This document shows, one piece after another, positions 56,489-64,000 of a stretch of 64,000 nt of DNA. Source of the stretch: Vicinamibacteria bacterium (GTDB taxonomy: Bacteria > Acidobacteriota > Vicinamibacteria > Marinacidobacterales > Marinacidobacteraceae); the NCBI GenBank assembly GCA_963422395.1, contig OY729431.1, positions 1,376,001 to 1,440,000 on the forward strand, written 5' to 3'. The translations under genes and the position numbers were made by a program. The notes under the pieces are model-generated. The model had not been told where the DNA came from and did not search any database. It saw nothing but the letters and a program-made list of their open reading frames with translations. How positions within the stretch are numbered: position 1 is the stretch's first letter; every line of letters starts with the position of its first letter.

Positions 56489-57307
56489 TCAGAAGGGGAC
56501 CGGATCTTCTCCACCGCCCCCGGTGTCCATCCCCGAAGATTCGGTTTCGGAACCAGCACCGGAGGCGCCCCAGGGATCTTTAGGTTTCTCTTTCTCCCGC
56601 CGATCGGAGCCGCCTGCCCGGCTCGCCGCATCGTCATACCCGCGCTGCTGACGCGAGTCTCCGCTCGAGAAAACGATGTGGGCGCGAGTCTCCGTCGCCC
56701 GACGCTCCCGCCCGGTCTTGTCGGTGTACTTCCGACTTTGGAGGTAGCCCTCGGCGAACGCTCGCTGCCCCTTTTCGAGCTGGCCGTCGAGACGCCGAGC
56801 CGAGTCTCCGAAAACAGCAACCTGGTGCCATTCGGTTTCTTCTCCCGTCTCTCCGTCCCGCCGGGTCCATGTCTCATTGGTCGCGATCCGGAGATTCATC
56901 ACCACGAAAGACGGGTACTCCCGCAGCTCGGGTGCGCGGCCGAGGTTTCCCAGGATGAGCGAACGATTGAGGTGCGGTTCCGGATTTTCCGGACGTTTCA
57001 CGATGTCGGCGCTGATCTCGGTCGCGTACATATCCTCACCGTCCTTTTGATACTTCCGGGTCCGCAGCCTCCCTTCGACATACACCGGAGTGTCCGCCGC
57101 CATCCCTTCGGCGACCTCCACATTCCGCTGTCCGCGAACCGACACCCGGTGCCAGGCAGGGCGCTCCCGCAGGGCGCCGGTGTCGTCGTTCTCCATGGTG
57201 ACGGTCTTGACATTCAGGTTCACGACTTTCCGACCGTCGTCGAAAGTCCTCGTGCGCGGCGGCTCGGTCAGCATCCCGCGCAACAGCACCTTGCTCACAT
57301 CTCTCAT
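56489..57307 (-). CDS. ssb: Single-stranded DNA-binding protein with two tandem OB folds
   Basis: Two repeats of WHxV...VEGxLxxRKY...TE, acidic tail EDPVPF. Confidence 0.9.
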   Translation of the reverse strand: MRDVSKVLLRGMLTEPPRTRTFDDGRKVVNLNVKTVTMENDDTGALRERPAWHRVSVRGQRNVEVAEGMAADTPVYVEGRLRTRKYQKDGEDMYATEISADIVKRPENPEPHLNRSLILGNLGRAPELREYPSFVVMNLRIATNETWTRRDGETGEETEWHQVAVFGDSARRLDGQLEKGQRAFAEGYLQSRKYTDKTGRERRATETRAHIVFSSGDSRQQRGYDDAASRAGGSDRREKEKPKDPWGASGAGSETESSGMDTGGGGEDPVPF

Positions 57308-57342
57308 GACCCCTACTCCCTTTGGCCGCCTCAGCGGCCGGT

Positions 57343-58275
57343 TCACGCGCCGGGGTTTTCCGGGGGCATGGCGTCGAGCTGTCTTTTCGCCGCGCGCGCC
57401 GCCGGGGTTCCGGCATAGACCTCCAAGATGTCCTCGAAAATTTCTCGGGCGTCGGATTCGTGACCCAACCGTCCGAGGATGATGCCCTTCTGGAACCAGG
57501 CCTCTCCGATCTTGTTGCTGTCCGGAAAATCCCGGATCAGCATTTCGAACTGCTCGAGTGCGGCTTCCAGCCGTTCTTGTGCCAGCAGCGAGTCTCCGAT
57601 TCCGTAACGGGCGTTGTCCGCCAGCTCTCCGCCGAACTCGATCACCCGCTCGAAACCCGAGATCGCCAGTTCATAGCGGCCCTGCAGCCGATCGGCGTCC
57701 GCTTCGAGGTAGGTCTCGGCGATGCCCGGTTCGTCCAGTAGCGTCGCTTCGTCTTCTCCTCCGGCGGGCGTTTCGGAGCCCGCGCCGTCGGCTTCGGCAG
57801 GTGGTGCTTCGCCCGGGTCCGCTTCATCGCTTCCGGCTGCCGGAACGCCGGCGAGCGCTGCTCGGCGCTGTGCCTCCCGGACCGACTCCACTTCGACCAT
57901 GAGTTCCGAGAGTCGGTCGTTCGTCTCCCGGAATGCCTCGCTCAGGGTCGAGACATTCCGCTCCATCCGGTCGAGAGCGTTCCGGGTCTCGGCCCGGCTG
58001 CGGCGGTCTGCGGCGATCTGCTCGGAGCGCTCCTCGAGCAGTGCTTCGACTGCGCGGGAGAGGCCCTCCTGCGTTTCGGCCAGCACCGCGAGCTGCGACT
58101 GGATCTGTCGGATCTCCGAGAGGATGCGGTCCTGGCCGCGCTGCCCGGCCGGCCGCGCCAGAGCCTCGGGAATTCCGGAGGGATCAGCGGTTGCCGCCGA
58201 GACGACGAAGAGCATCGAGGGCAGCAGCCACGCAGTTCGTGGTGCCCATCGCGGCGCCCGCAGGAGCCCGTTCAT
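57343..58275 (-). CDS. cpoB: Tol-Pal TPR protein CpoB/YbgF
   Basis: Coiled coil plus TPRs (ADNARYGIG, FPDSNK), downstream of pal. Confidence 0.85.
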   Translation of the reverse strand: MNGLLRAPRWAPRTAWLLPSMLFVVSAATADPSGIPEALARPAGQRGQDRILSEIRQIQSQLAVLAETQEGLSRAVEALLEERSEQIAADRRSRAETRNALDRMERNVSTLSEAFRETNDRLSELMVEVESVREAQRRAALAGVPAAGSDEADPGEAPPAEADGAGSETPAGGEDEATLLDEPGIAETYLEADADRLQGRYELAISGFERVIEFGGELADNARYGIGDSLLAQERLEAALEQFEMLIRDFPDSNKIGEAWFQKGIILGRLGHESDAREIFEDILEVYAGTPAARAAKRQLDAMPPENPGA

Positions 58276-58973
58276 TTGGCGATGATCTCCAGATGAGCGC
58301 GGCGATTCTTCCGCCAGGCGTTCTCGTCGTGCGCGGGGTCCAGCGGGAATTCCTTTCCGTAGCTGATGATCCGCATCCTCTCCCCGGCGATTCCCAACTG
58401 ACCCAGATAGTCGCGCACCACCCGCGCCCTCTCTTCGCCGAGGGCCAGGTTGTATTCCACCGTTCCGCGTTCGTCGCAATGCCCCTCGATCAGGATACGC
58501 ACTTCCGGATGGGAAGACAGCCATTCGGCGTTCTCCTGGAGCGTTGCCCGGGCATCGCTTGCGAGCTCGGCGCTGTCGTAGTCGAATCCGATATCGCGGA
58601 GAGGGGCGAGCGCTTTCAGTTCTTCGAGGCTCAAGGCGCTGATGTCGAGGATGTCGCTCCCGCTGTCCACCTCCGGCGGCAGCGCCCGGATTTCTTCTTC
58701 GGTGAGCCCCTGGGAATCCGAAGGGGTCGCCGGCGACGGGGTTTCCCGCACGATTTCCGGCTCCGCGGCGGGTTCCGGTTCGGAAGAGGCCGGAGGGGTT
58801 TCCCCGGTCGCCGGGACCCGGGAGACCGAGGAACAGCTCACGACTACCAGGCAGCCGGCGGCGAGTAGTCCCGTGGCGAACATCGCGAACGGCCGCCGCC
58901 GGCCGACTCCGGGAGCAGGGTTCCTCGGCGGATCGGAGGCGCCCGGGGCAGGGGCGGCGCTCAGGATTTGCAT
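58272..58973 (-). CDS. pal: Peptidoglycan-associated lipoprotein
   Basis: FDYDS, IEGHCDERGTVEYNLALGEERA, SYGKE, NRRA. Confidence 0.95.
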   Translation of the reverse strand: MQILSAAPAPGASDPPRNPAPGVGRRRPFAMFATGLLAAGCLVVVSCSSVSRVPATGETPPASSEPEPAAEPEIVRETPSPATPSDSQGLTEEEIRALPPEVDSGSDILDISALSLEELKALAPLRDIGFDYDSAELASDARATLQENAEWLSSHPEVRILIEGHCDERGTVEYNLALGEERARVVRDYLGQLGIAGERMRIISYGKEFPLDPAHDENAWRKNRRAHLEIIAK

Positions 58974-58987
58974 CGCACGCACCTCAC

Positions 58988-60466
58988 TCAACGCGGAACG
59001 CCCGGTGGGTTCCCCCACCGCGGCGTGGTGTTCCGGCCCTCACGGGTCAGTTGTTTCAGGTTCGAGCCATCCCGGTGCATGGTGAAGATCTGGTCTTCTC
59101 CGGTCCGGTTGGAGGTGAACACCAGGTGGAGCCCGTTCGGAGCCCACGAAGGGCTCTCGTTACTGCCTCGTCCGGTAGTGAGCTGGCGGGTCTGGCGGGT
59201 CTCGAAATCGTGCACCACGATGTCGAAGGGGCCGCGTTCGATCCGGGAGGCGTAGGCGATCTCGCTCTGCTGCCGCGAGGGCGACCACGCGGGGGAATCG
59301 TTGTAGGAGCCTTCGAACGAGATCCGCCGCAGGTTCAACCCGTTGCGGTCCATGGCATAGATCTGCGGCGAACCGGTCCGGTCGCTGGTGAAGGCGATCG
59401 TCCGGCCGTTCGGTGACCAGTTGGGGGCGACATCGATCGCCCGATTGTCGGTGAGGCGGCGCAGTTCGCTGCCATCCACCGCCGCCAGGTAGATCTCGGA
59501 CTGGCCGTCGCGGTTGGAGGCGAACGCGATCCAGCGTCCGTCGGGCGACCAGGCCGGAGTGAAGGACTGGAAGTCGCCCACCAGCTTCTCCCCCCGCCCC
59601 TGGTAGAGGAAGGCTAGGTACAGCGCCGGCGCGCCTTCGCGGTAAGAGATATAGCTGATGGCGCGCCCGTCCGGAGACCAACTGGGGGTGATGTTGAGGG
59701 AGCCGTTCGCGGTCACCGGGCGCTGGCGGTGACCGTCGTAATCCATCAGGTAGATCTCCTTGCTGCGCGGCTGACGCCGGCTCGTCGCAAAGGCGATGCG
59801 CGTACGTGCTACCCCTCGGTAACTGCCCGCCTGCAGCAGGATGTCGTCGGCGATCCGGTGGGCGAGACTACGCGGCGACTCGAGGGCCGCGGTGTAGCGC
59901 CGGGCGAACACGTTCTCCTGGGCGCGAACTGCGTGCATTCGCACTTCGGCGATCAGCGAATCCCCTTCGACCTGCACCGTTCCCCGAACGAGGATGTCGG
60001 CCCCCACCGACTCCCACTGGTAGTAGTCGAGGCCCCCGCCAGACCCCGCCTCGGCGATTCGATAGAAGCGCTTCGGCAGCATCCGGTACACCCCGGCGTA
60101 GCGGATGTCGTCCCAGACGACCTCGCTGATCGTTCTCGCGCTGCTCGCCGGGACCCCTGCTTCTTCGGCTGCTGCTTCGGCGGGGGGGGAACCCGCATCC
60201 TCCGACGCCGGCGTCGGATCCCGCCGTTCCAGAAGTGCTTCGAAATCGGGAATGGCCATACGCACCGGAGCCCCAGGTCGGGTGATGTCGAGGTACCAGT
60301 CGCCGGCTTGGGGGGCACTTCCCGACGCTTCGGCCGGAAGTTCTGCCGACGCGGGAGCGAAGGCCCCGACCATCCCCGCCGCAAGAGCTGCCGTCCCGAG
60401 TGCGAGCAGCAGGCGTACCGCAGGAGGCCGCAGGGTACGGACGCCCGTCCGGAGGGAGCGGATCAT
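58988..60466 (-). CDS. tolB: Tol-Pal beta-propeller protein TolB
   Basis: AHRIADDI, repeated PxWSPDG (PD40) motifs. Confidence 0.93.
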   Translation of the reverse strand: MIRSLRTGVRTLRPPAVRLLLALGTAALAAGMVGAFAPASAELPAEASGSAPQAGDWYLDITRPGAPVRMAIPDFEALLERRDPTPASEDAGSPPAEAAAEEAGVPASSARTISEVVWDDIRYAGVYRMLPKRFYRIAEAGSGGGLDYYQWESVGADILVRGTVQVEGDSLIAEVRMHAVRAQENVFARRYTAALESPRSLAHRIADDILLQAGSYRGVARTRIAFATSRRQPRSKEIYLMDYDGHRQRPVTANGSLNITPSWSPDGRAISYISYREGAPALYLAFLYQGRGEKLVGDFQSFTPAWSPDGRWIAFASNRDGQSEIYLAAVDGSELRRLTDNRAIDVAPNWSPNGRTIAFTSDRTGSPQIYAMDRNGLNLRRISFEGSYNDSPAWSPSRQQSEIAYASRIERGPFDIVVHDFETRQTRQLTTGRGSNESPSWAPNGLHLVFTSNRTGEDQIFTMHRDGSNLKQLTREGRNTTPRWGNPPGVPR

Positions 60467-61440
60467 GAGGAGTTTCCGGTCGGAAGTGGAAACGGTGTCG
60501 GGGCGCTGTCGGCGGATTGGCGGTAGGTGAAGAGGAGGTGCACTCCGACACGGTCGCGTGGATAACTGTCCGGGAGCGGGGGAAGCGGTTCGGCGAGGAC
60601 TACCGCCCGGAGCGCGGCGCGGTCGAGCAGGTCCTGGCCGCTCGAAGTCTCGACTTCGGCCCCGGAGATCCCGCCGGCCCGGTCTATGGTGAAGCGAATC
60701 AATACCTTCGCCTCACCGCGCACCGGAATCTGCTGCCAGTTTCGGTGGATCCGGGCGACCATCTGACGCTGGTAGTAGGAGTATTCGAAATCCTGATCGA
60801 AGCGGGCGCTTCCGGGTACTCCACCGAGCCCGGCGTCGGCGGCGCCAGCGCGCTGGTTCGTGGGCGGCGTCCTGCGGGTGGGGCGGGAACTGCGATCGAT
60901 CGGCCGGCGGGTTTCGAGCCGGGCCGAATCAGCCCAGGCCGCGTCGCGGCCCCGCAATCCGGACTCCGGCCGCTCGGGCCTCAGAGCGCGACGGCGCGCC
61001 CGAGCGTCGGGAACTGGCATTCGCTCGCGGTTCTCGACGGTGGGGCGGACCACCTCGGGCCGGTCTGGGGGTGGTTCAGGCTCTTCGGGTTCGATCTCTG
61101 CGGGTTCCGGATCCGGGGGAGCCTCGGGAGGCTCTTCTTCCGGAGGGAGTTCTTCGAGGGGCGGCGGAGGTGGATCGGCGGGAGCGCTGGCGCCGCCGAG
61201 GTTCGGGGTCGGATGGGGCCCCGACATGCCGAGTTCGATGAACGCGGCGGAAGCGGGCAGCAGGCCGGGGCTCCGGTCGAGATCGAGTCCGAGCAAGGCG
61301 ACGCCCAGCAACGCCCCATGGATCCCGGCGGACCAAGCCAGGTTGCGGCGGAAGGAATCACCGGCGAGAGAGTTGCCGCCAGTGGGAGGCTCGACCGCAG
61401 GCAGGCTGACGGTAGGGGAGGACCGGGCCTTCGTCGCCAC
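60463..61440 (-). CDS. TolA/TonB family energy transducer
   Basis: TM with SxxxH, Pro/Glu-rich linker, C-terminal SSG..LLDRAALRAV..PLPPLP. Confidence 0.85.
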   Translation of the reverse strand: MATKARSSPTVSLPAVEPPTGGNSLAGDSFRRNLAWSAGIHGALLGVALLGLDLDRSPGLLPASAAFIELGMSGPHPTPNLGGASAPADPPPPPLEELPPEEEPPEAPPDPEPAEIEPEEPEPPPDRPEVVRPTVENRERMPVPDARARRRALRPERPESGLRGRDAAWADSARLETRRPIDRSSRPTRRTPPTNQRAGAADAGLGGVPGSARFDQDFEYSYYQRQMVARIHRNWQQIPVRGEAKVLIRFTIDRAGGISGAEVETSSGQDLLDRAALRAVVLAEPLPPLPDSYPRDRVGVHLLFTYRQSADSAPTPFPLPTGNSS

Positions 61441-61446
61441 GGCCGA

Positions 61447-61932
61447 CTACCGGCCCCGCTGTTCGCCAGGATAGGCGTACACCAGACCCACGCGGTCGAA
61501 ACCCGCCCGCTTCATCGTGTCGATAACCTCGATGACCTGTCCGTATTCTAGCGAGGCATCCCCTTGCAGATAGCCCTCCCGGGCGCCTTCGAATTCCACG
61601 ATTTCACGCAGCCGATCCTCGAGCAGAACGGGGTTGACGGCCCGCTCGCCGACGAAGGTCCGGCCCTCCGCGTCCACCGTCACGATCACCCGTTCGGTGG
61701 CTTCGGCGGAGCGCATTCGGGCAGTCGGCAGGTCCACCTGGAGCGAACGCACGAGGAGCGGTGCGGTCACCATGAAGATGATGAGGAGGACTAGAACCAC
61801 ATCCACGAAGGGGGTCACATTGATCTCGGAGAGCGTTCCCGGTCCGCCCGCCGTGCGCCGTGCCGAAAGCCGGGCGAGCGCAGAACCCCCGCCAGCACCG
61901 CCGGACGGAGACTCCCCGATCGGGCCGACCAT
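61447..61932 (-). CDS. tolR: TolR/ExbD
   Basis: EINVTPFVDVVLVLLIIFMVTAP. Confidence 0.9.
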   Translation of the reverse strand: MVGPIGESPSGGAGGGSALARLSARRTAGGPGTLSEINVTPFVDVVLVLLIIFMVTAPLLVRSLQVDLPTARMRSAEATERVIVTVDAEGRTFVGERAVNPVLLEDRLREIVEFEGAREGYLQGDASLEYGQVIEVIDTMKRAGFDRVGLVYAYPGEQRGR

Positions 61933-62035
61933 TCGTCAACAGCCGGGCATCAGAAGCCGAGGATCAGGAGCTGGCCGCGAAGTCCGCAGCCGCGAATACC
62001 CGGTTCTGCCAGCGGAACGCTGTTTCCACCGGAGG

Positions 62036-62824
62036 TCAACGGGTCAAGTGGCGTTCGAGCATGGTCACATATTCCATGGAGAACTCGTCCATGCTGGTTC
62101 CGATGCGCCGGATACGGGCCAGAAAGCCGTTGTAGGCGATCACCGCGGGGATCGCGGCGGCGAGGCCGGCGGCGGTGGCGATCAGCGCTTCGGAGACCCC
62201 CGGCGCCACTACGCTGATGTTCGCCGCCTGGGTGACCGCGATGTCCTGAAAGGCGTTCATGATCCCCCAGACGGTGCCGAAAAGGCCGATGAACGGAGTG
62301 GCGCCTCCCGTGGTTGCGAGGAAGGTCATCCGCTGTTCGAGGTGCGCCGTCTCCGCCGAAGAAGCCCGAAGCAGAGAGCGTGCCACCGCCTCCATGTTGG
62401 ATATCCGGAGCCGCCCCCCCTCCTCGCTGTCGGCACGCGACTGGTAGCGCACCTCCTGATACCCCGCAGTGAACAGGCGGGCGAGCGGGCTGTCCGGATC
62501 TCGGCTCGCCGACTCCACGACATCGGAGAAACGCCTGACCGACCGAAACTGCCGGAGGAACGCGGCCGAAGCGAGCTCGGCTCTCCGCAGGCGGCGCGAT
62601 TTCGTCAGAATTATGGCCCAGGAAACGAGACTGAACACCAGTAGGGTCAGCAGGACCAACCACGAAACGGGGCCCGCTTCGACGACCATTGCGAGGAAGC
62701 TTTCAGAGCCGAACATCCCGCTTCCCGATCCGATATCCACTGCCGTGACCGCTTCGTTCACAGCCTCTGGCTCGACTTCTCGGCCCGGCGGGGTCTGCCC
62801 GCCGAATGTCGACAGGCTGAGCAT
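62036..62824 (-). CDS. tolQ: TolQ/ExbB proton channel
   Basis: TPFIGLFGTVWGIM, VAPGVSEALIATAAGL. Start uncertain (GTG 62890 possible). Confidence 0.92.
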   Translation of the reverse strand: MLSLSTFGGQTPPGREVEPEAVNEAVTAVDIGSGSGMFGSESFLAMVVEAGPVSWLVLLTLLVFSLVSWAIILTKSRRLRRAELASAAFLRQFRSVRRFSDVVESASRDPDSPLARLFTAGYQEVRYQSRADSEEGGRLRISNMEAVARSLLRASSAETAHLEQRMTFLATTGGATPFIGLFGTVWGIMNAFQDIAVTQAANISVVAPGVSEALIATAAGLAAAIPAVIAYNGFLARIRRIGTSMDEFSMEYVTMLERHLTR

Positions 62825-62904
62825 CAGGAGAGGGAGAGAAAGCGCGAAGGCACGGACCCAAGGGAGCAAAACCGGGCGCCGAGGGAACACGAGCGAATCG
62901 AAAG

Positions 62905-62952
62905 ACCCAACATATAGTAGTCCATGGGGGGCAGGACCACTACCGGTTGGGG
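62905..62952. promoter_or_regulatory. Tandem NrdR-box-like sites in the tolQ/recN divergent region
   Basis: accCAACATATAGtag and ccaCTACCGGTTGggg, cores 32 bp apart. Confidence 0.5.
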
Positions 62953-62985
62953 TTCGGCCTCGCGGCGAGGACGGAGAGACCGCCG

Positions 62986-64000
62986 ATGCTTGATTGGCTC
63001 CGGGCGCGGAACGTGGCACTGCTCCGGGATGTTTCGCTGGAATTCGGGGACGGCCTGAATGTGGTCACCGGCGAGACGGGAGTCGGGAAAAGCGTTCTGC
63101 TGGAAGCTCTCGGACTCGTCTTGGGGGGGCGGGGCCGGGGACAGCTCGTCGGACCGGCGGCAGCTCGCGCAGTTGTCGAGGCCGGCTTCTCGGCGGGGTC
63201 CGGAGAAGCCGTCGAGAACCGACTCCTGACCCGCGCGCTCGCCGCTGCCGAACTCGAAAGCGACGGCGTCGAGGCCGACGAGGTCATCGTGCGCCGGGAA
63301 CTCCGTCCCGGAACCGGTGGACGCTCGCTCGGAAATCGAACCTCGATCAACGGGGAGGCGGTCCCGGTGGCTGCCCTCCGGCGCATCGGGCTCCGGCTCG
63401 CAGAGATCCACAGCCAGGGAGAACACCTCGCTCTGTTCGAACCCGGCGCTGCGCGGGAAGCCGTGGATGCGGGCGGGGGGCATCGGCCGCTCCTCCAGAA
63501 GGTGAGCGCCGCCTGGCGAAGGTTCCGGGACGCGGGGCGTCTCCGCGACGCGCTCGATGCGGATTACCGCCGTACCGGAAGCGAGCGCTCGAGGATGGAA
63601 CGCGCTCTGGAGGAAATCGAGCGCGCCGCTCCGGAACCGGGAGAAGGCGCGGCACTCCTCGCCGAGCGCCGGACCCTGAGCGAGGCCGAACGACTGTCCG
63701 GACTGCTCGACGCTGCGTACCAGGCGCTCTACGGAGCGGAGTACGCGGCGGGAGCCCGATTGGGGGCGGCGCTGCGGGCGCTCGAGGAGGCGGCGCAGCT
63801 CGACCCGCGCACTGCGGGACTGTTGGAAGGTCGGCCCGACCTGATCGCGGAAGTCGAAGATCTGGCCGCGACGGTCCGGGACCGAAGGGAGGAAGTCCGG
63901 TCGGCTCCGGAACGGCTCGCCTGGATAGAGGAGCGTCTGGCCCTGCTTCGGGGTCTCGAACGCCGCCATGCCGGAGGCTCCGACGGAGCCGACCCTCTCC
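62986..64000 (+). CDS. recN: DNA repair protein RecN (3' partial)
   Basis: MLDWLRARNVALL...GLNVVTGETGVGKS. Open to the window end, absent from the ORF track. Confidence 0.92.
   Translation, partial: MLDWLRARNVALLRDVSLEFGDGLNVVTGETGVGKSVLLEALGLVLGGRGRGQLVGPAAARAVVEAGFSAGSGEAVENRLLTRALAAAELESDGVEADEVIVRRELRPGTGGRSLGNRTSINGEAVPVAALRRIGLRLAEIHSQGEHLALFEPGAAREAVDAGGGHRPLLQKVSAAWRRFRDAGRLRDALDADYRRTGSERSRMERALEEIERAAPEPGEGAALLAERRTLSEAERLSGLLDAAYQALYGAEYAAGARLGAALRALEEAAQLDPRTAGLLEGRPDLIAEVEDLAATVRDRREEVRSAPERLAWIEERLALLRGLERRHAGGSDGADPL

Overview
High-GC bacterial chromosomal window. It is probably from Acidobacteriota, inferred from gene content such as the TPR+VWA pair, the M14 peptidase and the tol-pal/mreB arrangement. 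It is mostly housekeeping: moeA-moaC-larE, ppiD, mreBCD-mrdA-rodA-rng, degQ, tRNA-Val-thrS-infC-rpmI-rplT-zapA-thiL, gatCA, aguB, rfbB, ilvBNC, rpmB, lexA, ssb, tol-pal and recN. Several signals are missed by the ORF track. (1) Two tandem rhodanese genes each have an in-frame TGA exactly at the catalytic Cys position, followed by a shared SECIS-like hairpin; these are predicted selenoproteins, one cytoplasmic and one a lipoprotein. (2) A family of modular ~190-280 bp non-autonomous elements (MITE-like) has about 12 copies or remnants, shows compensatory base changes in an internal hairpin, often sits at stop codons, and one copy truncates an agmatine deiminase gene. (3) A frameshifted NYN RNase gene lies behind a promoter and a structured leader. 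(4) Two tandem NrdR-like box pairs with 32-bp spacing occur at non-RNR promoters. (5) A perfect 22-bp palindrome covers the lexA promoter. (6) The SSB has two OB folds. All calls are by eye from motifs; no database searches were run.
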